Source of the DNA: a virus | Virus record (IMG/VR): IMGVR_UViG_3300047510_000439 | Direction: 5' to 3' (one strand) | Length of the DNA: 64,000 bases | In this document: positions 19,538-26,937 of the stretch, in pieces | Layout: every line of letters begins with the position of its first letter | How positions within the stretch are numbered: the first letter of the stretch is position 1 | Program-made: the position numbers and the translations under genes | Notes under the pieces: generated by a model | Database searches by the model: none | Told to the model about the DNA's origin: nothing | The model's input: only the letters and a program-made list of their open reading frames with translations

Positions 19538-19981
19538 TTAGATAGCTGTTAATCGCATTACAGTTTCTGTCGAGTCGTTCTCAATAGTCCACTTGTATCT
19601 TGCGTTGTTGAAATCTCTACAAGTACGATTGAATAGTTTCTTAATACGAACCTGTGTACCACCAGTACCAACAATAGTACCTTGTATTGACATTTCATTA
19701 GCTGCTAAAGAACCAACAGCTTTGTCAACTAGTGTGCAAATTCCTACGTTACCTGTACCAGAACCGCTTGGTGTTACCTTAGTACCTGCTTTAGTATCGT
19801 TTACTAAAAACTTGTTTGAACTACGCTGTCTTAAAATGTAGCCTTCGTCGCTAGCAGAGTTGCTGGCAACTTTTACGTTTACTGTGATGTTAAAAAAAGT
19901 TTCGTTTGATGCTGGTGCATAACGTGTATCGTCAGCGTCTGCTAACCAACCAAAGAATTTCTTATTTACTGGACGTCCCAT
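19538..19981 (-). CDS. hypothetical protein (147 aa), apparently monocistronic
   Basis: It has its own GATAAATA motif and SD (AAGGAG), with a hairpin after the stop. No family recognised. Confidence 0.7.
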   Translation of the reverse strand: MGRPVNKKFFGWLADADDTRYAPASNETFFNITVNVKVASNSASDEGYILRQRSSNKFLVNDTKAGTKVTPSGSGTGNVGICTLVDKAVGSLAANEMSIQGTIVGTGGTQVRIKKLFNRTCRDFNNARYKWTIENDSTETVMRLTAI

Positions 19982-20048
19982 TTGTTTTCTCCTTTATGTT
20001 GACGTTCTAGGTCTACGCAGTGGGTAACTGCATAAGTCTTAGACAAAG

Positions 20049-20056
20049 TATTTATC
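20049..20056 (-). promoter_or_regulatory. late-promoter-like motif GATAAATA(CTTTG)
   Basis: Minus strand reads tatGATAAATACTTTGtc, directly after the pqqA-like terminator and 67 nt upstream of the 147 aa gene. Confidence 0.45.
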
Positions 20057-20065
20057 ATAAAAGAT

Positions 20066-20090
20066 AAAAGCCCAACAATGTTGGGCTTTT
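20066..20090 (-). terminator. intrinsic terminator after the PqqA-like ORF
   Basis: AAAAGCCCAA-CATTG-TTGGGCTTTT (minus strand) is followed by ATCTTTTAT. The 10 bp stem has flanking A and T runs, so it could act in both directions. Confidence 0.7.
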
Positions 20091-20105
20091 TAAAAGAACT
20101 ATAGT

Positions 20106-20177
20106 TTATCTGTTAGCAATATACATTGTAACTTCAAAACCATAGCGCATTTCTGTTGCTACTGGTTTGGTCCACAT
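20106..20177 (-). CDS. pqqA: PqqA-like peptide (23 aa), pyrroloquinoline-quinone precursor family
   Basis: Hand translation gives ATG(20177) [26 protein letters not shown](20108-20106). AAGGAGG sits 8 nt upstream. Bacterial PqqA peptides are 23-24 aa, e.g. [23 protein letters not shown] as I recall it, with a conserved E-x-x-x-Y (here E15 and Y19). It is below the ORF-track length cut-off. Confidence 0.8.
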   Translation of the reverse strand: MWTKPVATEMRYGFEVTMYIANR

Positions 20178-20202
20178 AATGTTTTCCTCCTTTGCACTAT
20201 TA

Positions 20203-20208
20203 ATTATA
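20203..20208 (-). promoter_or_regulatory. TATAAT -10-like hexamer upstream of the PqqA-like ORF
   Basis: Minus strand reads ctgtgTATAATtaatagtgcAAAGGAGGaaaacattATG. No convincing -35 was seen. Confidence 0.3.
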
Positions 20209-20263
20209 CACAGTTATAGTAGGAAAAACATACGTAAAATCATTAAAATATCATCAGTCAAAG

Positions 20264-20287
20264 AAATAGGGCCTTTCGGCCCTATTT
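20264..20287 (-). terminator. intrinsic terminator after the major capsid gene
   Basis: AAATAGGGCC-GAAA-GGCCCTATTT (minus strand) is followed by CTTTGA, 25 nt after the MCP stop. Confidence 0.7.
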
Positions 20288-20312
20288 CAATTTGCTTACC
20301 TAACAGGTAGTA

Positions 20313-21488
20313 TTATCTGAAGCTTACGCTTGAAGAAGTAATACCAACAGTTGCTAGGTAGTCTGCTGCGTTACCAAGTGACGAAGCTGTGTTGGTTAGC
20401 TCAACATAACCATAACGTGTCATAAAGCTGACAGTTGGTTCGAATGTTGATGGATCTAGTACAACACCGCTGCTCATCAATGGAATGTATGGGCAGTAGA
20501 ATGCTGGAGCATCAGATTCTGAAGTTCCCTTGTAACCAATGATAACGTTAGCATTGTCAGCAGCATAAGTGTTGACATATACCTTCATTGCATTGTTTAG
20601 AGTACCAACTAGCTTTGTGTTAGTTGGAGCTTCAAACGTACCTTCTGTAGTACGTGCAAATGCTGATGTTGTTGCGCTCTGTAGAATTGTTAGTGCAAAT
20701 GGTGAAACTACAGCGTAGTTACCAGCACCACGACGTGTACGCTGAGCGATTAGGTTTGCTGCACGGTTGATTTGAACAGCTAGTGCAGCATGCTCGTCAC
20801 CAACAAATGTAGCAGTACCGCTAACAGCAGTCTGGTCGTATGTTTCTACAGCAGCACCAGCTAGAGTGTTTAGCGAAGCTAACACTTCCTGGTCGATTTC
20901 AGCTGTAATTTCTTGAGCAAGAGCAGCCATAATTTCTGCTTCTACGTCGATGCCATGCATAGACTGTGCGTCTTGTGCAGCTTCGAAAGTCCAACGTGCG
21001 CTGAGCTTACGAGTCTTGGCTTCAACTGTTTGCTTCAAGATTTGAATGCTTAGTCTGTTACCAGCAACACCTTCTAGCGCAGCAGTTGCGTCTGCCTTAG
21101 CTGTTGAAGTATTGCCTGAATAGGCTTCAGCAATCTTAAATGGGCTTAGAGCTTCTTCACCTGCAACTGCACCTGAAGCGCCTGAGCCTGCTGTGTCCGC
21201 ATAGCGAACACGTAGAGTGTGGATTTGACCCACGGGTCCTGTCATTGGCTGAACACCAACTAACTCGTTAGCAATAACGGTTGGCATCACACGACGGATG
21301 ACTGGTAGGATAACACGGTTTAGTGTTGCGACATTACCGGCAGAAGTAGCACCAGCAGTAGCACTTTCTGCAAGATACCTACGGGTATTTTCCAGTGTAG
21401 TGGCCATTACTGACTTTTTGTTGCCTTGAAGGCCTTCAAGAAGTGCTGCTTTTGTATCCTGCCAGCGACTTTCTAGTAGTTCTGACAT
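20313..21488 (-). CDS. gp23: major capsid protein, T4 gp23 family (391 aa)
   Basis: ILPVIRRVMPTVIANELVGVQPMTGPVGQIHTLR matches the gp23-family N-terminal signature. It sits directly after the protease and scaffold genes and is followed by a strong terminator. Confidence 0.85.
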   Translation of the reverse strand: MSELLESRWQDTKAALLEGLQGNKKSVMATTLENTRRYLAESATAGATSAGNVATLNRVILPVIRRVMPTVIANELVGVQPMTGPVGQIHTLRVRYADTAGSGASGAVAGEEALSPFKIAEAYSGNTSTAKADATAALEGVAGNRLSIQILKQTVEAKTRKLSARWTFEAAQDAQSMHGIDVEAEIMAALAQEITAEIDQEVLASLNTLAGAAVETYDQTAVSGTATFVGDEHAALAVQINRAANLIAQRTRRGAGNYAVVSPFALTILQSATTSAFARTTEGTFEAPTNTKLVGTLNNAMKVYVNTYAADNANVIIGYKGTSESDAPAFYCPYIPLMSSGVVLDPSTFEPTVSFMTRYGYVELTNTASSLGNAADYLATVGITSSSVSFR

Positions 21489-21498
21489 TATTATCTCC

Positions 21499-22593
21499 TT
21501 AATTTAATCCAGCTAGACGCTTAATTGCGATAACATTATCGGCGTCTGCTTTACTACTAATTGTAATTTGATCTCTGTTGCCTGTTACTTCTTTGCCTTC
21601 TGTTAATGTTGCCTTCTGCTTTGCTGGAGATTTACCGTCTATTACTGCCGGTAGGTATCTTTCAAACTGTGAGCGTAGCTTGTTTGTTTGAACACTTTCC
21701 AGTAAGTCTGTCATAATTTCGCGCTGATCCTTGCTTAGTGGGGCAAGTAATTCGCTAACTATTTCTTTGCGCTGTGCAGATTCAATTAGGCGTTGCTTTT
21801 CAGCTTCCTTTGATTCTGCCAACTGTTTTGCCTTTGCAGCAAATGCTTTTGCTTCTGATAGTTGCTTGTCCTTAACGGCAAGAACTTTTAGAAGTTTAGC
21901 AGTTTCTGACTTCTCATTTAGGTATGATGTGCCAAACTCTGCTGCAAATGCTTCAAATATCTTACGACCAAAATCGTTCTCACGTGCTGCATCAATGTCT
22001 TCCTTGAGTGCGCCAATTTCCTTAGTTAAGGCTTTAGCAACGGTCTCTTGTACTAATGCGGCACTTCTTTCGATAAAGTTTTGTTTAACCTTAGCGAAGT
22101 GTGTCTTAGCTTCACGTACTAAACGTACTTTTGTTTCAGCTAAATCTTTCTTATCTTCATAAAACTCTGCGATTTCAGATGATAAAGCTTCTACTACAAA
22201 CTCTTCTAGCTTAGAGTACTGTGACTCCATAGCTTTCTTGTCTGTACGAAGTTCCTGGATTTCGTTTTGTAGTTGTTCAACTACGAAATTACGTAGTAGA
22301 CCTGCATTCTCACGCATAGCAACAGCATACTTTGCTTTTGCTTCTGCTAGTGACTTACGATCTTCTGCAAATTCTGCGATTTCTTCTGCTAGGCGTTCTG
22401 ACAATAGCGAGTCAATAGCTTCTACCATTGAATTCTTATCGTGCTCGTACTTCTGAGCGAACTCTTCACGAAGTTCAGCAACTGCTTGTTGCTTATTCTC
22501 GTTTACCTTTGCAGTCCAAGCTGCTTCAATATCTGCTCTGATTTCTTCTGAAATTACATTGTTTTCGAAGAGTTTTTTCAGTGCATCCAACAT
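21499..22593 (-). CDS. gp22: prohead scaffolding protein, gp22-like (364 aa)
   Basis: Long, charged, coiled-coil-type sequence (repeated E/K/A heptad-like runs) located between the protease and the MCP. Confidence 0.7.
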   Translation of the reverse strand: MLDALKKLFENNVISEEIRADIEAAWTAKVNENKQQAVAELREEFAQKYEHDKNSMVEAIDSLLSERLAEEIAEFAEDRKSLAEAKAKYAVAMRENAGLLRNFVVEQLQNEIQELRTDKKAMESQYSKLEEFVVEALSSEIAEFYEDKKDLAETKVRLVREAKTHFAKVKQNFIERSAALVQETVAKALTKEIGALKEDIDAARENDFGRKIFEAFAAEFGTSYLNEKSETAKLLKVLAVKDKQLSEAKAFAAKAKQLAESKEAEKQRLIESAQRKEIVSELLAPLSKDQREIMTDLLESVQTNKLRSQFERYLPAVIDGKSPAKQKATLTEGKEVTGNRDQITISSKADADNVIAIKRLAGLN

Positions 22594-22607
22594 ATTCTTC
22601 TCCTAGT

Positions 22608-23231
22608 TTACTGGAGCTTGTTGATGATATTCATCAACGATTCCTTGAGGTACTTCTGAGCCTTTGTATCGCCTCTAACTTCTTGTGCTATTTTATATGC
22701 CTGATACCCGCCACGATTATTCATTAAGTGTTCATAAATGGGTGTTGGGTATGCACCGGGTGCGCTAGGTTGAGCTACTACATCCACAGTGATTATTTCA
22801 AAGTCGGAAACTTCACCGCTTCCGTCTTCTTTAACATTTCCGCTACCACGTGATGAGACACCTAGCTTAACTCCGCTTTCAAGCATTGTCTTTACTAGGT
22901 TTCCCATCGGTGTTGGTAGGATTTTTAGTTTTCCGTAACCGTTTGGACCATCCATCCACATTTCTGAAATCATGTGGCTAACACGGTCTAGGTTAATATT
23001 AAGGCCTTCTGGATGATCAACTTCGCCGAGAACTGAGTAACCGCCGCTGACTTGATCATTGAGAGTTTTGACAGCCCTGCCAATTTCATTTACAGGATAC
23101 ACTCGCTGATTTGCGTTTCGAACGCCACCTTGAATGCAAATACCCTTCATGTAAAGGTTCTTACCTTCATCGGTGGATTCTACTACAATCCTTGCCTGGT
23201 CAAAGCTCAAATTCTCTCGTAAGTTTATCAT
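22608..23231 (-). CDS. gp21: prohead core protease, T4 gp21 family (207 aa)
   Basis: LYMKGICIQGGVRNANQRVYP, LGEVDHP, GVSSRGSGNV and VDVVAQPSAPGAY line up with T4 gp21 segments LYIEGIFMQAEVVNRNKRLYP, LGELNHP, GVSSRGLGS and VDAVWGPSAPDAW (from memory). Confidence 0.9.
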   Translation of the reverse strand: MINLRENLSFDQARIVVESTDEGKNLYMKGICIQGGVRNANQRVYPVNEIGRAVKTLNDQVSGGYSVLGEVDHPEGLNINLDRVSHMISEMWMDGPNGYGKLKILPTPMGNLVKTMLESGVKLGVSSRGSGNVKEDGSGEVSDFEIITVDVVAQPSAPGAYPTPIYEHLMNNRGGYQAYKIAQEVRGDTKAQKYLKESLMNIINKLQ

Positions 23232-23244
23232 CTAAACTTCCTTA

Positions 23245-24213
23245 TTATCTGCTGCCAATAGTTGACTTCTTATTGTCAGCTTGCTCGCCTGCGCCTTTCT
23301 TTTCAGCGCCGTGGCCTTTTGACATTGCCTTTAGAGACTTAGCTGCTTTACCGCCTGGTACATTTACGTTACCTGCGTTGTCTTCCTTTTCAGTGCCCTT
23401 AAATAGGCTGCTGCCCTTTAGCTGTCCCTTGTTAGCTTCAACAGGAGACTTTTCAGTGTCAGCTTGATTTAGGTTCTTTACAGTGCCGCCCATGTCGTTC
23501 TTGCTAGCAACTGTTGACTTGGTGTTTACACCGTTGTCGCCCATTGTAGCACTAACTTTTTCTACGTATTCACGCATCTGTTCAGCTGATGACTTCTTTT
23601 CGGCTTTCTTATCAGCCTTCTTGTCATCCTTCTTCTCTTTAGCTTCGCCAAAGTTAAAGGCTTCTTTTTCTTCGTCGCCTTCGTCTTCTTCGCCCTCGTC
23701 GTCGCCCATGTCCATATCCATGTCATCAGCGCCTTCTTCGCCGCCTTCGTCAGCCATTAGCTTTTCAAATTCAGCTTTTAGATCTTCAAGAGCATCTTCA
23801 AGGTCTTCAACACGATCTTCTACATCGCCTTCTGGACCTTCTTCTTCACCTTCTTCGTCACCGCCCATATCAATGTCACCCATCATATCATCTGTTGGGT
23901 CACCGCCCATAGCGGCCATTGGGTCAGCTTCTACTTCAAACTCGTCTAGATTAAAATCTTCGTTAGTTTCTTCATCAGTGTCCTCATCAGAAGCTTCGTC
24001 TACTTTATCTTCGTCTTCATCTTCGTCTTTTGAGGCTTCATCTACTTCTTCATCGTCTGATGCTTCTTCAATGTCTTCATCATCTTCTAGTAGATTTTCA
24101 TAAATTTCACGTGACTTTTCCACAACTAACTCGTGGAATATGGCTTGTGCGCCTTCCTTATCTTCATTGATAAGACGCTCTAGCATTTCTTCAAATTTCT
24201 TACGATCGGCCAT
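23245..24213 (-). CDS. hyper-acidic head-module protein (322 aa), possible internal/core or scaffold-accessory protein
   Basis: Roughly 200 aa of D/E-rich low complexity, then a basic Gly/Lys-rich tail. Its position between portal and protease is where T4 encodes core proteins. Confidence 0.6.
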   Translation of the reverse strand: MADRKKFEEMLERLINEDKEGAQAIFHELVVEKSREIYENLLEDDEDIEEASDDEEVDEASKDEDEDEDKVDEASDEDTDEETNEDFNLDEFEVEADPMAAMGGDPTDDMMGDIDMGGDEEGEEEGPEGDVEDRVEDLEDALEDLKAEFEKLMADEGGEEGADDMDMDMGDDEGEEDEGDEEKEAFNFGEAKEKKDDKKADKKAEKKSSAEQMREYVEKVSATMGDNGVNTKSTVASKNDMGGTVKNLNQADTEKSPVEANKGQLKGSSLFKGTEKEDNAGNVNVPGGKAAKSLKAMSKGHGAEKKGAGEQADNKKSTIGSR

Positions 24214-24304
24214 TTGTTTCTCCTATAAATGTATAATACCATACGAAATGGTAAGGCTGTCATTTTTATTTAGTTGGAATGGGAAAATATGCGTAGAAAT
24301 AGAG

Positions 24305-24922
24305 TCAAAACGACTCGTTTTGAATCGCAACAGTGTTTTCGTTGAACTTTTTATTAAACTCAACTACTGTCATATGCTGTAAATTAGTTAAACTTTGCAG
24401 TTCTCTAGGTATAAGAGTGTCCTCTTCTACTACTCTTATATATCTTTTTTTATTAAATTGATGTATTGTAGATGTAGTTTGTTTTAACCAATTGCCGTAA
24501 TAAGTAGCACGTTCATCAACTCTTTTGTAGTTAAAAGACCCTGAATAGATGTTGTTTACTTGTTGTTTATCGTCACCTATACCTGCATAATCAAAACCTA
24601 AAATATAGATTTCTTCATTGTCATGCTCAGACGCCATCCACAATGCTGTTGGGCCACTACTCCAGCCTTTAGCAGGATTAAAAAAATTTAATCCTGGTAT
24701 TTTTAGAAAAGTTTTATTTGAATTGGTCCACACAGGTATTTTATGCTGATATCTAGCTTCTGCTAGTTCAAGTACCATCTTTATGTCTACTGCAATTAGA
24801 TAATCAGGATCAAAGTCTCTGTACAAAGCATTACAGCCGTAGATTTTTCCGTGTGTTCTAAGTGATTCTAAAGAAATAGATTTGCGACTAACGCCGTTAC
24901 CTATAACAAATGCTCTGTTCAA
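24305..24922 (-). CDS. Cst-II (GT42)/DUF115-like putative glycosyl/sialyl-transferase-fold enzyme (205 aa), TTG start
   Basis: AFVIGNGVSRKSISLESLRTHGKIYGCNALY compares with Cst-II VIIAGNGPSLKEIDYSRLPNDFDVFRCNQFY. WSSGPTALWMASEHDNEEIYILGFDY compares with ITSGVYMCAVAIALGYKEIYLSGIDFY (from memory). Confidence 0.45.
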   Translation of the reverse strand: MNRAFVIGNGVSRKSISLESLRTHGKIYGCNALYRDFDPDYLIAVDIKMVLELAEARYQHKIPVWTNSNKTFLKIPGLNFFNPAKGWSSGPTALWMASEHDNEEIYILGFDYAGIGDDKQQVNNIYSGSFNYKRVDERATYYGNWLKQTTSTIHQFNKKRYIRVVEEDTLIPRELQSLTNLQHMTVVEFNKKFNENTVAIQNESF

Positions 24923-24925
24923 TTA

Positions 24926-25174
24926 TCATGCTCCGCCTGCTGCTGCGTTGGCTGCAATGCCATACATCTGCTTAATAAAGTCAAGTTCTGACTGCTTGTC
25001 TTTTTTATGTAGCTCAGAAGCTTTGCGGATACGATTAATTTGAGAAAGTGATAATCTAGTTCTGCGTGTATCGTCAAAGTCAATAGGACTTTGATCGTGT
25101 TCAGGCTCGTAGCGATTATCTTCTACGGGCTCAACAGTCTCTTTATCAAAATAAAATAATTCACGCAGTATCAT
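24926..25174 (-). CDS. small head-module protein (82 aa)
   Basis: ORF immediately downstream of the portal gene. No motif recognised. Confidence 0.6.
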   Translation of the reverse strand: MILRELFYFDKETVEPVEDNRYEPEHDQSPIDFDDTRRTRLSLSQINRIRKASELHKKDKQSELDFIKQMYGIAANAAAGGA

Positions 25175-25181
25175 AGCAAAG

Positions 25182-25188
25182 TATTTAT
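25182..25188 (-). promoter_or_regulatory. late-promoter-like motif ATAAATA(CTTTG)
   Basis: Minus strand reads gaATAAATACTTTGctATG, with the same ATAAATACTTTG as at 20049-20056. It lies only 7 nt from the ATG, so the transcript would be nearly leaderless. Confidence 0.35.
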
Positions 25189-25193
25189 TCTAT

Positions 25194-26927
25194 TTAGGCA
25201 ATTGGAGCAGCAGTTGGTGCAGTAGGTTCAACTCCGGTTGTTTCAGGAGCTAATTCAGCGCCTGCTGCTGCTTCTGTTCCTTCTTCAGGAGCAGTATCTT
25301 CCATAGATCCTGCATCAGCACTAATACCAGCAGAGCTAATACCTGCACTTCTCAATTCTGCACTTGCATCAGTTGGTAGTGTAAGGTTTTCTGCGTTTTC
25401 TTCTTTCCACAGACGTTCATTTTCAGCTAGTTCTTCTTCAGTCATTCCTAAGAATCGTTTTAGAGCAAACCTGTTAGACATGTAAGGGATCTGTGCCATC
25501 TGTGTATAAGTTGGTACTCTCGCATTATCAATTTCTGCTTGACGATAGCTAGCAAAGTTCTGTGGTGGTTGAAATTTAATATCAAACATGTTAGTATCAA
25601 TGTTGACACCTTTTTCTAACAAGTATCTTTTAAATTCTGTATCAAATGCTTCAGTTACTAATCCCTGAAGTCTTTCGCAATAGGTATTAAAACGCAGTTC
25701 TTGTATATAAGCTGTACCTACTCTACCGTCATTGTACTGTGCTGCTGAGTCATCTGCACCTGTTGGTAAGTAGCTGCTTGGGATTCTTAAACCTCTAACC
25801 AGTTTGTTAGTAAAATATCTTAAATCGTCAATTTCACCTAAGTTAGTACCGCCGGGTAATGTTTCAACTTTACTTCCACGACCTTCTGCTGTCTGCGGAA
25901 AGAAGTAGTCTTCGTTAATACTTAGAGGATTATACGAACTGTCAATTACATTTGCTCCGCCTCCTGTAGAAGAAGGAATACGTCGTTGATGTATTTCTGT
26001 TTTTACTCGCTCAACAAACTGCATAGCTAAGTGACTAGGCATATTGCCAACATCAACGTAAAAAACACGGCGTTCAGGAGCTCGCTGCACACGGTAGATA
26101 ATGATGGCATCTTCTAACAGTTCCTTCTGCTTGTATACTTTGAAAATAGTTTCAAGTAGTGAATTGCCAAATGGATAGTTATTATCCAAACCTTCTGATA
26201 GACTTAGATGCACAACATGTTTAGCATCAACTGTAATTTCATTTTGATCATTTTGAAAACGTGTGCCAGTTGACTGTGAACTAGATAAACCAACCATGCC
26301 ACGAACACCGCCAGTTAAGTAACCACTACCTCCACCGGTAACGTTGCCGTTAGTTTGATACGGAGTTGTTGCTACACCTTCAACAAAATTTAAATTGAAG
26401 TTTTTAACAACGTATTGTTCTGGAACTTTGCCTTCTGACTCATTAACAATAATTTTTGTAATATTTGCAGGATCTACATGAAACCAACGTTTTGTTTCAG
26501 GATCTCTTACAAAGAACTGATCCCCATATTTGAATGTATTACGAAACAGTCTAAACATTTTAGTTTCAAAGTCTTGCAGTTTACACCACTGCTGCAAATA
26601 TTTTTGAATAACTGTTATTTCGCTATTAGTAGCATCAGTTTTATAATTTATAATAAAGTGTGTATTATTTTGTTTGTTAGTTTGTGTACAAAATTCTGCT
26701 AGAATATCTAGTGCAGCGTTTACTTCAGAATCAAGATCCATTACATTATATTGACCATAACGCTCAACTCTGTTAGGACTGCCTGTATAGACATCAGGTA
26801 AAAAGGAACTATAGTTGGTTCTCGCAGGACCAGCTTGACCTCCATATCTTCTACCGCTCAGAGGCGAGTAGCTACCTTCTGGATTATCACCTGTTCTTAC
26901 TGGAGTAAAAAATTTCTTCCAACTCAT
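25194..26927 (-). CDS. gp20: portal protein, gp20-like (577 aa)
   Basis: Size and position upstream of protease, scaffold and MCP. ERYGQYNVMDLDSEVNAALDILAEF resembles the R-Y..Y..MD...E...ALDIYA portal signature (from memory). Confidence 0.8.
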   Translation of the reverse strand: MSWKKFFTPVRTGDNPEGSYSPLSGRRYGGQAGPARTNYSSFLPDVYTGSPNRVERYGQYNVMDLDSEVNAALDILAEFCTQTNKQNNTHFIINYKTDATNSEITVIQKYLQQWCKLQDFETKMFRLFRNTFKYGDQFFVRDPETKRWFHVDPANITKIIVNESEGKVPEQYVVKNFNLNFVEGVATTPYQTNGNVTGGGSGYLTGGVRGMVGLSSSQSTGTRFQNDQNEITVDAKHVVHLSLSEGLDNNYPFGNSLLETIFKVYKQKELLEDAIIIYRVQRAPERRVFYVDVGNMPSHLAMQFVERVKTEIHQRRIPSSTGGGANVIDSSYNPLSINEDYFFPQTAEGRGSKVETLPGGTNLGEIDDLRYFTNKLVRGLRIPSSYLPTGADDSAAQYNDGRVGTAYIQELRFNTYCERLQGLVTEAFDTEFKRYLLEKGVNIDTNMFDIKFQPPQNFASYRQAEIDNARVPTYTQMAQIPYMSNRFALKRFLGMTEEELAENERLWKEENAENLTLPTDASAELRSAGISSAGISADAGSMEDTAPEEGTEAAAGAELAPETTGVEPTAPTAAPIA

Positions 26928-26937
26928 TTATTTTTCC

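Noticed and set aside
21731-22456. Plus-strand ORFs of 143 aa and 72 aa
   Set aside because: Both are antisense inside the scaffold gene, whose biased codon usage keeps the opposite strand open.
23483-24103. 206 aa Ser-rich plus-strand ORF
   Set aside because: It is the reverse-complement shadow of the GAA/GAT-rich acidic gene (TTC/ATC read as Ser/Phe-rich frames), and no plus-strand gene context exists here.
24224-24237. TATAAATG and TATAAT on the plus strand in the 24214-24304 gap
   Set aside because: No plus-strand gene lies downstream, since both neighbours are minus-strand genes. This is probably a chance occurrence in AT-rich spacer DNA.
24237-24253. Hairpin TACCAT-ACGAA-ATGGTA as terminator of the 205 aa gene
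   Set aside because: The stem is only 6 bp and AT-rich with no clear U-tract, which is too weak to call.
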